This document shows, piece by piece, positions 50,810-61,103 of a stretch of 64,000 nucleotides of DNA. This DNA comes from Ignavibacteriota bacterium. GTDB taxonomy: Bacteria > Bacteroidota > Ignavibacteria > UBA10030. Location of the stretch: positions 3,392,001-3,456,000 of the forward strand of contig OY969585.1 in the NCBI GenBank assembly GCA_963701295.1. Direction: 5' to 3'. How positions within the stretch are numbered: position 1 is the stretch's first letter; every line of letters starts with the position of its first letter. The notes below the pieces were generated by a model that was not told the DNA's origin, did not search any database, and saw only the letters and a program-made list of their open reading frames with translations. The position numbers and the translations under genes are program-made.

Positions 50810-53800
50810 CTACTTAAGCAAAATAAGCTTCTTAGTTTGGGTAAACGCACCAGTCTGCAATATGTAAAAGTAAATTCCGCTCGATATATTTGCTGCATTC
50901 CATTGTTTAGAATAACTTCCTGCAGGCATTTCTTCAGAGACGATGGTAGCTACTTCTCTTCCAAGTATATCAAAAATCTTTAGTGATACAAATGACTTTG
51001 AAGGAATAGCAAAAGAGATTGTTGTTGTCGGATTAAAAGGGTTTGGATAATTTTGTGCAAGCGCAAACTCTTTCGGAACGATTCCAACTTGCCTTTCTAC
51101 AGGCAACGCTGGATTAATATTTGTTCTTAAATCAGGATAATTAGTTCCTGTCATTTGCCAGACAGTGGTAAAATCCCAACCGGCATTTATAAAAGTGGAT
51201 CTCGTTTTCATTTCCGCAGTGGTTTTGCCTGTACCGGCATCGCTCGTGGATTGCATGGAGGTTACTGTATCCCAAAAGGAACTGTCTACGGAACCACCAT
51301 TATTATATCCCACCAGACCGCCAATATAAGAACCCTTGCTGCTAACACTTCCGATAGAATAGCAATTGGTTACACCGCCAACATAATTTTCTCCCACCAA
51401 ACCGCCAACAGAAGAATTACCGTTAACACTTCCGGAGGAATAGCAGTTGCTCACTATGGAATAAGAATAATTTTCTCCCACCAGACCGCCAACATAAGAA
51501 TTATTACCGTTAACACTTCCGGTAGAATAGCTGTTGCTCACTGTGGAAATAGAAAAATTATCTCCCACCAAACCGCCAACAGAATAAGTTCCATTAACAC
51601 TTCCGGAGGAGTAGCAGTTGAGCACTGTGGAAGAATCATCATTATCTCCCACCAAACCACCAACATAACTATATCCGCTAACACTTCCGGAGGAGTAGCA
51701 GTAGGCCACTTCAGAATAATCATTAGCTCCCACCAAACCGCCAACATAATTTCGACCGGTTATACGTGCATTTGTAATCCCAAGAAACACAACCGCTCCA
51801 TATCTGTATCTTGTGTATCCAAATAAACCAATGAAATCAGTTGATGGACGATTAATAAATAAACTATCGATAGTATGTCCATTACCATTGTAGTGACCGG
51901 TAAAATTCGTTATATCATTCCCTATTGGCGTCCAACCGGCACCATTAAACCAACTTGAAGTTACTGATGCGTTAATATTTGCGGTTTGTATGTAGAATTT
52001 ATCCCAATTTTCCGTGTTTAATGCTATCCAGTATAGATTATTTAAAGACGCTATTTGATAAGCATTTCCGCTTGTGCCATTACCCACTGAAGGTGCTGTT
52101 GCAGTTTTTGGCAATGGAGTACCACCTGGGTTTTGCCAGGATAAGTAAGGGTATCCATTATTAAATCCAGCATCCATATACCATATTGAACTGTTCCAAC
52201 CGGCTAATGAAAAAGTTAATTTTGTTTTCATTTCCGCAGTGGTTTCACCAGTACCGCCATTACTTGTGGACTTACCGGATGTTTCAATATTCCAAAAGGA
52301 ATAGTTTACTGTGCCAAAATAATTATATCCCACCAAACCGCCAACATAAGAACCCGTCCCGCTAACACTTCCGGTAGAGTAACAATTGTTTACTGTGGCA
52401 GAATTATATCCAACTAGACCGCTGGTATATTCAGCTCCGCTAACACTTCCGGTAGAGTAACAATTGTTTACTGTGCCACTATTAGATCCTACCAGACTGC
52501 CAACAGAAGAACCCGTTCCGCTAACACTTCCGGTAGAGTAACAGTTGCTCACTGTGGAATAAAAATTCCATCCCACCAGACCGCCAACTTCACCATTACC
52601 GGTTATGTTTGCATTTGTAATCCCAATGCTGTCGATAACTCCACCATTTGTAGCTCCAAATAAACCAATGAAACTAGTTGATGGACGATTGATGAATAAA
52701 CCATCAATAGTATGTCCATTACCATTATAGGAACCGGTGAATTTCGTCGCACCATTCCCTATCGGCGTCCAACCGGCACCGCCGAACCAACTTGATGTTA
52801 CTGATGCGTTAATATTTGCAGTTTGTTCAAAATAGACTCCGGTAAAATTAGTTCCAGAATTAGCTTGAAATGCTATCCAGTACAAATTTTCTAAAGATGC
52901 TATTTGATATGGATTTCCACTTGTACCATCGCTTGCTGAGGGAGCTATTATAGTTTTTTGCAATGGAGTACCACCTGTGTTTTGCCAGGATAAGAAGGGA
53001 TATCCATTGTTTATTGATCCGTCTATTTTCCAAATAGTACCCGTATCATCCCAACCGACTAATGAAAAAGTGATTGGATTTTTCATATACACAGTAGTTA
53101 TACCTGTGCCGCCATCGCTTGTTCCACATCCAGAAGTTTGAGTATCCCAAAAGGAATTACTCACTGTGGATGAAGAATTATCCCCTATCAGACCACCTGT
53201 AGAATAACTAACTCCGCTAACACTCCCAGCAGAGTAACAATTATTTACTGCGGAATAATCATTTAATCCCATTAAACCGCCAATAGTACTATTTCCGATA
53301 ACACTTCCTGTAGAATAGCTGTTGCTTACCGGGGAATATTCATTCCTCCCCACTAGTCCACCGACACACTGCTTTCCATTAACACTTCCAGAGGAGTAAC
53401 ATTTGCTTACTGTGGAATAAAACCAATTAACTCCCACAAGACCGCCAACACAAGTGTCACCGGTTATGTTTGCATTTGTAATCCCAATGCTGTCAATAAC
53501 TGCTCCACTTGTGATTCCGAATAAACCAATGTAACCAGTTGATGGACGATTGATAAATAAACCATCAATAGTATGTCCATTACCATTATAGGAACCGGTG
53601 AATTTCGTCGCACCATTCCCTATCGGCGTCCAACCGGCACCGCTGAACCAACTTGATGTTATTGATGCATTAATGTCTGAGGTTTGTAAGTAGTATTTAT
53701 TCCAATTTGCCGTGCTTGATGCTATCCAGTACAAATTTTCTAAAGACGCTATTTGATAAGGATTTCCGCTTGTGCCAGCACCCGCTGAAGGTGGGGTAGC

Positions 53801-53863
53801 CGTTTGAGCAAACAATGTGCCTGCAAAAAGAATAAGAACTGAAACGAATAAAAAGTTTTTCAT
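50810..53863 (-). CDS. GLUG-repeat surface protein with T9SS CTD (3-kb cassette)
   Basis: Three ~280-aa units (GTSGNPYQIASLENL..WTPIG..FTGSYNGNGHTI..GLFG..VGGLVG repeats); LAQNYPNPFNP CTD. Confidence 0.92.
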   Translation of the reverse strand: MKNFLFVSVLILFAGTLFAQTATPPSAGAGTSGNPYQIASLENLYWIASSTANWNKYYLQTSDINASITSSWFSGAGWTPIGNGATKFTGSYNGNGHTIDGLFINRPSTGYIGLFGITSGAVIDSIGITNANITGDTCVGGLVGVNWFYSTVSKCYSSGSVNGKQCVGGLVGRNEYSPVSNSYSTGSVIGNSTIGGLMGLNDYSAVNNCYSAGSVSGVSYSTGGLIGDNSSSTVSNSFWDTQTSGCGTSDGGTGITTVYMKNPITFSLVGWDDTGTIWKIDGSINNGYPFLSWQNTGGTPLQKTIIAPSASDGTSGNPYQIASLENLYWIAFQANSGTNFTGVYFEQTANINASVTSSWFGGAGWTPIGNGATKFTGSYNGNGHTIDGLFINRPSTSFIGLFGATNGGVIDSIGITNANITGNGEVGGLVGWNFYSTVSNCYSTGSVSGTGSSVGSLVGSNSGTVNNCYSTGSVSGAEYTSGLVGYNSATVNNCYSTGSVSGTGSYVGGLVGYNYFGTVNYSFWNIETSGKSTSNGGTGETTAEMKTKLTFSLAGWNSSIWYMDAGFNNGYPYLSWQNPGGTPLPKTATAPSVGNGTSGNAYQIASLNNLYWIALNTENWDKFYIQTANINASVTSSWFNGAGWTPIGNDITNFTGHYNGNGHTIDSLFINRPSTDFIGLFGYTRYRYGAVVFLGITNARITGRNYVGGLVGANDYSEVAYCYSSGSVSGYSYVGGLVGDNDDSSTVLNCYSSGSVNGTYSVGGLVGDNFSISTVSNSYSTGSVNGNNSYVGGLVGENYSYSIVSNCYSSGSVNGNSSVGGLVGENYVGGVTNCYSIGSVSSKGSYIGGLVGYNNGGSVDSSFWDTVTSMQSTSDAGTGKTTAEMKTRSTFINAGWDFTTVWQMTGTNYPDLRTNINPALPVERQVGIVPKEFALAQNYPNPFNPTTTISFAIPSKSFVSLKIFDILGREVATIVSEEMPAGSYSKQWNAANISSGIYFYILQTGAFTQTKKLILLK

Positions 53864-53902
53864 AGGTAATTCCCTTTCATTCTATCATTAAGGGTAATTG
53901 CA

Positions 53903-54060
53903 ACCTAACGGACCGGCGCTAAGCTGCGGCGCTGATAATTTTCAAAATACACAAAACGAAATGAGTTCATGCTGAATAATTTATTATTAAGAACAAAACC
54001 TCTGCACGCCATGCGTAACGTACCCAGCTGGCAACCGTCAGCTTGAGCGCCTGGTTAGGC
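53903..54060 (-). repeat. attC site (158 bp)
   Basis: acctaacggaccggcgctaagctgcggc ... gtcagcttgagcgcctggttaggc. Confidence 0.92.
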
Positions 54061-54528
54061 AGCCTGTACGTTCTTAGTAATAAATGTGACTAGTTGATCA
54101 CTTGTCGCATTACCAATCCATTGTGCTACACCAACCTCAATTACTGGTAACGCTCGGATACCTTTGTTAATAAGTGTTTCTGGTTTCAAAGTAACATCTA
54201 TTTCTTTCAGCTCGAACCCCATTTTATGTTGTAGTTCGGTAAGTCGACGTTTGACAATTGGACAGAAAGGACAACCGACACCTGTATAAAGGATGACTCT
54301 TGTGTTAACGTGTGGAATATTTTTCGGTGGAGTGTCTTCGACTGAACCATACCCCATCAATTGAGAAAGCGACGGAAAATACCGAATGTAGAGCCTGAGA
54401 AAAAGAGCGATAAATAATATCCAAAAACAAGCTTGAAGATAATCGCCTTTGATAACATAAAATATTAAGCCACATAGAAGTATAAACCAACTGCCATAGA
54501 TAAAAGAAATGTGACATTGTTGTTTCAT
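54055..54528 (-). CDS. Membrane-anchored glutaredoxin-like protein (first cassette)
   Basis: Two TM helices then LYTGVGCPFCP..ALPVI; stop lies in GCCTAAC. Confidence 0.85.
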   Translation of the reverse strand: MKQQCHISFIYGSWFILLCGLIFYVIKGDYLQACFWILFIALFLRLYIRYFPSLSQLMGYGSVEDTPPKNIPHVNTRVILYTGVGCPFCPIVKRRLTELQHKMGFELKEIDVTLKPETLINKGIRALPVIEVGVAQWIGNATSDQLVTFITKNVQAA

Positions 54529-54558
54529 ATAAATATCCTCAAATAATAATCACAGGCT

Positions 54559-54600
54559 GCCTAACAATGATTAGACTGCATATTGCAGCCTAACTATTTC
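54559..54600 (-). other. attI-like site heading the cassette array
   Basis: Minus strand GTTAGGCtgcaatatgcaGTCTAATcattGTTAGGC: compact L/R boxes plus an upstream GTTAGGC repeat, no attC hairpin. Confidence 0.6.
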
Positions 54601-54777
54601 TCACTTCCCTTGTCAATTCAGCGCTCTTCACCTTGTCTGGATAAAAAAGATTCGTCCTGTCGGCGTCTGGTGAAAACGAGATAAGTTAACTCTCCTCTCT
54701 TATCTTGTACAGTGCAAATATGCGGCATCCTCAACTCAAAATCAAGTGTTAATCGCTGCTATTTTTCTTCTGAAAAC

Positions 54778-54933
54778 AAAAATTTTAGAAATCGATTTGC
54801 CATAGGTGACTGAAAAAAAATATCCCAAAAAATTCTGGCAGAACCACTTTGCCTTTAGGTTTAGATTGATTCCTATCCTATATCGAAGTAGAAGCTATTC
54901 CTGAAACTCTTGTAAGGCTTAAAAGCGGGTCCC
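54778..54933. repeat. Conserved non-coding backbone segment, copy 2
   Basis: Homologous to 12047-12201. Confidence 0.9.
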
Positions 54934-55150
54934 ATATTCGACATTTCGCCATATTGACAATGTCAATTGGCAAGATCGATCTTGTCATTTGTCATTTTGC
55001 AATTCCCCTATAGATTTTGACAAGATGACAATATCATAATTTGCCATTTTGCCATTTCGCCAATCACCTATAGAACGTGGCAAAACTTCATGACAATATG
55101 ATATTGACATCGCCGTCAATTCTCTAAGGTGCTGGCAAGATGACAAGATG
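54934..55150. repeat. TGGCAA/TGACAA iteron-like array with CTATAG centres
   Basis: ttgccattttgccatttcgcca..ctatag..tggcaa; tggcaagatgacaagatg shared with 21295. Confidence 0.8.
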
Positions 55151-55188
55151 CTAAAGAAAAGCGCAGCACGTCGCGCTCTTCTCTGTCG

Positions 55189-55655
55189 TCATAGATAGAC
55201 GACAGCTTTTTGTTGGAGGGATTGTCGGAGGGATGGAATGTTGCGGGTGTGTCTTGAAATGTCTTTCATCGAATACCCAGCGGTTATGTCATCGAGAAAT
55301 AATCGTTCCTCGGCAGTTAGAGATTCCAGAAAGTTATTTGTGATCGCATAATCTAACGGATTGATCTTGACCGGAAGCTGAAACTCTCCGAGTGTCATTG
55401 GCCTGTCGATGTAAACACGGTCGTGATTCCAAGCATCAAGTTCACTTTTGCCAACTTCTTTTGCGGAAAATGCTGATCTACGATTTAATTCTTTCGAACG
55501 AAAATGCATCATTGACTTCATAAGTCCTAGTGTGCAGCATTTGCCAAGCCTCTCTCCTTCTTTCCAAGCTATAGTAACAAGCTCTGATCTCTGGAATTTG
55601 TCTCGCGTAAACTGTTCGCTATAATGCCACAATCTTCGTATTCTTGTTCGCTCAT
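55189..55655 (-). pseudogene. Sigma-factor-like / HTH protein with 5' frameshift
   Basis: C-terminal FLESLTAEER..GYSMKDISR resembles sigma region 4; SD-backed ATG at 55655 is out of frame with the main ORF. Confidence 0.45.
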
Positions 55656-56016
55656 AGGTATTCTCCTTTCATATATTCTTATTCCATAATAAAAACGGTA
55701 TAAGAGAAAGCGGATCAGCCGCTACCATGTGGCAAAAAGACTGCACGAAAATTTGAAAAAGTATTCCTTTTACTTCCAATTTGTAGTTGATTGAGGACAG
55801 GAGTGTCTTACTTTCTCTACGTAAAGAGGATGCTTCTCGTGAAATTGTCACAAAAGATCTTATCTCAAACCAATAAATACTGGCAAGGAGTTTGTGAATT
55901 CACGACACAGCATCACTATCAAATAACACAATGGGGAAATAAAAAAAGCTTCTAATTTGTAGCTTATGTGCCAGTCATGAACTGGTCATTTCCAAATAAA
56001 TCATAATGGAGGATTT

Positions 56017-56568
56017 ATGAAAGCCATATCTGTTATCGTTATTGTCTTTTTATCATTTATAGAAATTCAAGCTCAAGATCAAATCAAAAAAGGTGTATAT
56101 ACACTTAGTGGAACACTAAGCTACTATTCAACAAGCGTTAAGGACGACGGTTCTGGCTTTGACGAAACGGATGTTATGCTTGCACCAACCGATTCATATT
56201 TTATTATTGACCAGGTCGAATTGTCATTCGGAGTAGAGTATGAAAGATCTATATCAAAAATCAACAATTCTTCACAGGAATGGAAGTACACGCGTCCTGG
56301 GTTAGAATTGGGAGCAAGGTTCTATCTTCCATGCGGAAAGGTAGCTCCTTTTATCGGAGCTGATGGACAAGTAAGTTGGACTTCTTTTAATGGACAATCC
56401 TACTCATCACCATCGACTTCTTATGGTTTTACCGGCGGGTTAGAAGTATTTATTTCCGGAGCTGCGGCAATAGAACCTTCTATGAGTTATAATATTTATC
56501 ATTCTATGGATCAACACTCCGAAAATCAATTTCGTATCGGTATTGGTGTGAAATATTTTATATTATAA
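56017..56568 (+). CDS. Outer-membrane beta-barrel protein
   Basis: Signal peptide, alternating beta strands, terminal FRIGIGVKYF. Confidence 0.85.
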   Translation: MKAISVIVIVFLSFIEIQAQDQIKKGVYTLSGTLSYYSTSVKDDGSGFDETDVMLAPTDSYFIIDQVELSFGVEYERSISKINNSSQEWKYTRPGLELGARFYLPCGKVAPFIGADGQVSWTSFNGQSYSSPSTSYGFTGGLEVFISGAAAIEPSMSYNIYHSMDQHSENQFRIGIGVKYFIL

Positions 56569-56661
56569 TATATCACGATGGTCAGTTAATCAGTGAAGTC
56601 TGTAGTAGAAATAAATTTAAAGAACACGACAAATTAGTTATATCTTTTGCAAAATTGCAAC

Positions 56662-56790
56662 ATCAAGCCCCGTCATCGATGGGGCTTTTTTATTGCTCGA
56701 ACCAGAAGCGGTGATGGTTGCCGCGTTTTTTTATCTTGAAATTCAAACAAATAAAGTGTAGAGTTCCGGTATCCAATATATGAGTTAGCA
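56662..56790 (+). promoter_or_regulatory. Terminator + hairpin + promoter + GTT core site (docking module copy)
   Basis: Terminator identical to 18634; TTGAAA(56736)-17-TAGAGT(56759); GTTAGCA at 56784. Confidence 0.65.
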
Positions 56791-56805
56791 GACGAAAGGA
56801 TATTT

Positions 56806-57237
56806 ATGGACAGAATCATAGTATTTATCTTGACGTGTAGTCTTGGTAGTATAATTGGATTGATATGGTCTGTAAGAAATCTTTGGCTAGGTATACGAAG
56901 TCAGTATTGGGACCGATTTGACTGTGAAATTATTGAGTCTCGATTAAGCCTGTTCCCTTTTAAGTTTTATCCGTTCATTTCCTATCAATACAAAATTGAT
57001 GGTATACCCTGCAAAGGGAAGAGAATAAAATATGGAGGCGTAAGGCAAGGTTATTTCAGAGCAGGTGCTTATTGTGATCAATATATTAAAGGGGAAACAT
57101 ATCAGGTAAGTGTTGACCCAAATAATTTCAAAAGAAGTGTCTTAGAACCCGGTCCTTCTTCGCAAATCTATGGGGCGATTATCCTTTGTATACTTATCGG
57201 ATTAATAGGTTTAAATGGATTATTAACTTACCGATAG
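56806..57237 (+). CDS. DUF3592-like membrane protein (cassette-like)
   Basis: TM..S..W....IIESR..YP.I.YQY..DG..V..DPNN..RSVL..TM. Confidence 0.75.
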   Translation: MDRIIVFILTCSLGSIIGLIWSVRNLWLGIRSQYWDRFDCEIIESRLSLFPFKFYPFISYQYKIDGIPCKGKRIKYGGVRQGYFRAGAYCDQYIKGETYQVSVDPNNFKRSVLEPGPSSQIYGAIILCILIGLIGLNGLLTYR

Positions 57238-57264
57238 ACTAGTTTATCAATTCAATCTGCTGCC

Positions 57265-57378
57265 GCCTAACTACCGCTCAATCGGCAAGATTACACATCG
57301 GATGTGTCGTTCCAGAATGACGATGTAAGAGCAATTTGTTCGAGTTTGTTCATTGCTCGAACCAGAAGTGGTGATAGT
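57265..57378. repeat. Truncated attC left half fused to the backbone repeat shared with 12998-13070
   Basis: gcctaactaccgctcaa followed by cgttcca.aa.gacgatgtaag.gcaatttgttcgag. Confidence 0.7.
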
Positions 57379-57599
57379 TAAATCAAGGGGAAGAGTTCTT
57401 GCTTTTGTGTTGAAGAAGAAACATATTAGCTTTTTAGTTTTCACCCATCGCCAACGGAAACCTTTTTGTGAAACATTCAATTGGTTGAAATGTTTAGACG
57501 GGCGTCTTCATGCACAATGAAGTGTATAGTAAATTATACGAAATAATTACAAATTGTCGACCTTTTATGCCTAATAGTCATGAATTGTCGACTCAGTCG

Positions 57600-57618
57600 A
57601 CCTAATCAGTAGTTAGGC
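57600..57618 (+). other. attI-like site
   Basis: aCCTAATcagtaGTTAGGC; same layout as the 54559 site and as the class 1 attI simple site (ccctaaaacaaagtt). Confidence 0.55.
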
Positions 57619-57650
57619 GGGCAACGAATAACATAACAAGGACAACCTCA

Positions 57651-58235
57651 ATGAAGAATATCGAAACCCTAAAGCAAGCGATAATTCGTTGTTTTACCAT
57701 CTCTGGATTGATAATCGCAATCGCTTTTTTAATTTATCGGGCTGAAGTTTTTACTCCAACAATGTGGCCATTCCAATTTCTTGTTTCAGGCATTACGATA
57801 GGGATAGCATTTACTACATTTCGAGAAAAGAATTATTGAGGAGGTCTTGCATTATTATTACTTTGGTACCTTGTTCTTACCATCCCAACTTCGCAAGGCA
57901 ATTCTTGGATATTCATTCTAGAAGGTGTGTATACAGTCATCATATCTGCAGCAGTCTATTTATACATTCATATTGCTGGGAAATCATTCATAAAAAATGA
58001 AATATCCCGAATTGTCACTTCTACTTTAGTCATCGGGATATTCAACTCTCTGAATATTCTTGTCTTAAGTCTATATACTCTTCAATCGCTATTTAGCCAT
58101 TTTCCAAGCATAGTAGATGCAATGTTTCTGAATTTGAAGATTGGAGCAATGCTCGGTTTGTTTATGGGAGTAGGGATTGAGTTGGCAGATTATCTAATCG
58201 ATGCATTGTACAAGGGCAAGGACGTTGCCAGCTAA
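57651..58235 (+). pseudogene. Multi-TM membrane protein cassette with one in-frame TGA at 57837
   Basis: Frame continues REKNY*GGLALLLLW..EGVYTVIIS into the 57927 ORF; ends in attC. Confidence 0.75.
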
Positions 58236-58416
58236 CCAGCAACTCAAGCTGACAGAATGAGCGCCCGCCCAAAGATAAAGCATGGCGGGTAAATGGGTAC
58301 GTTAAGCATGGCGTGCAAAGGTTTTGTTTAATTTGAAAGTTGGGTATAATGAACTTGTTTCGTTGGGTACATTTTGAAACTTATCAACGCCGCAGCTTAG
58401 TTGCCGTCCGTTAGTT
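58230..58416 (+). repeat. attC site (187 bp), inverted relative to the 47-54 kb array
   Basis: agctaaccagcaactcaagctgac ... cgcagcttagttgccgtccgttagtt; interior matches the 49853 and 50613 sites. Confidence 0.92.
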
Positions 58417-58539
58417 GCAATTGCCCGTTCTCAGGAGGAACAAGTATGACCGTCACGTATCATTGCTTTCGAATTCTCTACTCTATTGGCTGCCATCGTT
58501 GTTCTTTGGAGCAGCGTACCCACCACGCAGACCAAGAAT

Positions 58540-58814
58540 GGAGGGATAAGCCCAAGAAAGTCAAGACAGTATTAACAGTTGTTCTGCTTCTGGTTGTATG
58601 GAATAATCAATCAAACTCCCAAGCTAAGAATTGCTATGTAGATGCCACCGGCGGATCGGATGCAAACAACGGCTTATCACCTTCATCAGCATGGAAGACC
58701 ATTGATAGGGTCAACGCGCCAACGTTTGCACCGGGGGATTCCATTCTGTTTAAAAGAGGAGAAACATTCAAAGGTGACGGCGTTTCGGGCCACAGGGGGG
58801 GCAACTACAACTAG
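58540..58814 (+). pseudogene. 5' fragment of a secreted parallel beta-helix protein
   Basis: YVDATGGSDANNGLSPSSAWKTI..PGDSILFKRGETF, then abrupt truncation. Confidence 0.7.
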
Positions 58815-59027
58815 CAAACGGCAACACGACGCTCTAGTGTTTGAAAGGATATTAAAGATATTGCTCGATCCCGCTTAGCTCCACAAAGTACCTCTTTGAT
58901 ATATTTTTTTAAAGGAGGCTTTTTTATAACTTGATATGTTCTTATCAATTCCGAGAACTAATAAAGAGCTTCCATATCGAATAAAATGAACACATCCTCA
59001 CTCGCGAGTGCAGGCTGTACCCGAATG

Positions 59028-60770
59028 TTATTTCATTAAAATTATCTTGCACGATTTTGTTTCGTATGGCGCTGTTAGTCGGCAAATATATATTCCACTC
59101 GAAAGTGCCCGACTGTTTTCATCCCGGCAATTCCATCGCGCGATATGTTCTCCATTTTTTTCGACGTTGTTGATCAATCCGCACACCTTTTGTCCGATTA
59201 CATTATAGATGTCTATCTCAACTTGTTCAGTTACTGGAAGTGTATAACGTATGATTATATCCGAAGTGCTGGCCGGATAGGGATTCGGTCCAGATGATAA
59301 ACTCAGGCGTTGATTGTTTTCATGCGAATTCGACACTGAGACAGCATGTACAAATTCACCATCAATCTGAATCTCCCAGAGAGCATATCCATATGATGTA
59401 CCCCGTCTGTTTCCGTGCCACCGTACATATCGTGCTTCGGTAGGCGGGACAGAAAGAAATTCAGTACCACCGTTGCCGCTTGTTGTCGTATAGATTGTCG
59501 TCCATGTCTGCTTATCGGAAGAAACATCAATGGTATAAGCCAATCCATAGGATGTTCCCCAGAAAAGAGTAATATGTTTGATCCGATAAATTCCCTGTAA
59601 ATCAACCGAAATCCACTGCGGATCGCTAGAGGGGGTTGTCCATCTGGTTGAAAAATCTCCGTCGAAAACATTCGACGCCTTTAGTGAATTGTCGGCGAGT
59701 GCTGAATATTCGCATGGCTTGTTAAGAGCGATATTTGGCAGCAGTACATCGATCTTTTTAAAGTTCGAAGAAATTTCCGTTGTTCCGTCTTCGAAGAATG
59801 CTTTCGCGTGGATGAGATACTCGTTTTGAGTCAGATTGTTCACAGTAATTGTATAAGGAGGTGTAGATGATTCTCCAATTTTTATTGAGTCGGAAAAATA
59901 TTCAATCCTTGTCACGGGAGTATCCGATACGACGCTTGCGTTTAATTGAATAGTTGCAGGAGTTTCGTAAAATAAATTCACTGGCGAAGTTAATAGTACC
60001 TTCTTCTCCCGTTGGGGATGGTTATAGAAAAAATCGACTACGAGATCTGTGCAATTGATCGGATAATTCAACCATGTATGACCGCCGTGAGCATACGTGA
60101 CGAACTCAACATCTGCGCCGGTTTCAACGGCCGGCCATAGTTGAGCGATTGTCCCACCATAGTTGTACACTGTGTCTGGTGTGGCCGAACATTGGTTTTT
60201 TTGCCGCCAGGCAGCCAATCCGGCTTGATCCGGGCTGTAGGGAACAGTGGCATCATCCACGGCATGAATTGCAAGAACTGGTTTTGGTGAAGGAATTGCC
60301 TGACTGGATCCTGTCCAGTATCCCGCTACCGGCGCGATTGCCGCAATTATTTCCGGTAATTGAGCTCCCAGCGTGTAACAAAAAAATGCTCCATCCGAAT
60401 GTCCGGTTACATAGACACGTTTTGAGTCGATATGAAACTTTTTCTGGAGAGTATCCAGGAGAACAGAGACGAAATCAATGTCATTGTCGTGGGAGTTCCA
60501 TCCTCCGCCAACGACAGCACTGGGATAAACAACGAAATAGTTCATAACTTCCGATCGTTCATTGAATCCGCTTTTAAACAATGCGCTGTCCGTGCCGCTC
60601 AATCCGTGAAAAACAAAAATTAATGGATACGATGTAGAACCGTCGTATGACGCGGGCACATGGACGAGATATGCTCTATTGTATCCGTTGTGCATCATGA
60701 ATTGTTCCTGGGCTGCCAGATGGTAGAAGGAGAGACATAAAACCAAACAACTCAAAATTATTTTCATCAC
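59028..60770 (-). CDS. PHB-depolymerase/LpqC-like esterase + Ig + F5/8 type C domain + T9SS CTD
   Basis: PLIFVFHG, VYVTGHSDG, IHAVDD, GGHTW; NIALNKP..FDGD..TRW..WISVDL; SSGIYICRL CTD. Confidence 0.88.
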   Translation of the reverse strand: MMKIILSCLVLCLSFYHLAAQEQFMMHNGYNRAYLVHVPASYDGSTSYPLIFVFHGLSGTDSALFKSGFNERSEVMNYFVVYPSAVVGGGWNSHDNDIDFVSVLLDTLQKKFHIDSKRVYVTGHSDGAFFCYTLGAQLPEIIAAIAPVAGYWTGSSQAIPSPKPVLAIHAVDDATVPYSPDQAGLAAWRQKNQCSATPDTVYNYGGTIAQLWPAVETGADVEFVTYAHGGHTWLNYPINCTDLVVDFFYNHPQREKKVLLTSPVNLFYETPATIQLNASVVSDTPVTRIEYFSDSIKIGESSTPPYTITVNNLTQNEYLIHAKAFFEDGTTEISSNFKKIDVLLPNIALNKPCEYSALADNSLKASNVFDGDFSTRWTTPSSDPQWISVDLQGIYRIKHITLFWGTSYGLAYTIDVSSDKQTWTTIYTTTSGNGGTEFLSVPPTEARYVRWHGNRRGTSYGYALWEIQIDGEFVHAVSVSNSHENNQRLSLSSGPNPYPASTSDIIIRYTLPVTEQVEIDIYNVIGQKVCGLINNVEKNGEHIARWNCRDENSRALSSGIYICRLTAPYETKSCKIILMK

Positions 60771-60890
60771 TTTTCCTTTTGTTCTTCGTATTAACTTTTC
60801 TATAATTTACTATATTTTTTAAATGATTTTTATAGCAGCACTTAATTTTATCCTCACATTTCTAACATTCCAAATCCTCATTAGCTCCAC

Positions 60891-60917
60891 AAAAAAGGCG
60901 CTCAATGAGCGCCTTTT
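60891..60917. terminator. Intrinsic terminator-like hairpin
   Basis: aaaaaaggcgctca-a-tgagcgcctttt. Confidence 0.7.
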
Positions 60918-61103
60918 GCTTTTCGTCCCCAGATACAATCTACTATATTATTGTGACTTCGATACGTCCAAATCTATAAAACGATTTGGACTATTCAGTC
61001 ATCGGCTTTTAGGTAAGATCAGTGAGTAGTGCCTATTTTATCGGCAAATATCGAACCGATAACTTTGCTCTGAATATTCATAATACCAATTCTTCCCAAT
61101 TTT

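Larger units (their letters stand above)
47202..54600 (-). mobile_element. Integron-type gene cassette array, six cassettes, no intI in the window (CALIN-like)
   Basis: Five full attC sites plus one half site; each cassette's 5' GTT flank is complementary to its own 3' AAC flank. Confidence 0.92.

Noticed and set aside
51155-51826. Long antisense ORFs such as 51155-51826 and 28182-28796
   Set aside because: Shadow frames of well-supported genes on the opposite strand.
47690-54060. CRISPR array
   Set aside because: Repeats are 156-195 bp imperfect palindromes separated by whole genes; no cas genes are present.
57837-57839. Selenocysteine or recoded TGA
   Set aside because: The context is a membrane protein with no redox motif; a TGG-to-TGA nonsense change is simpler, and TGA is used as a normal stop elsewhere in the window.
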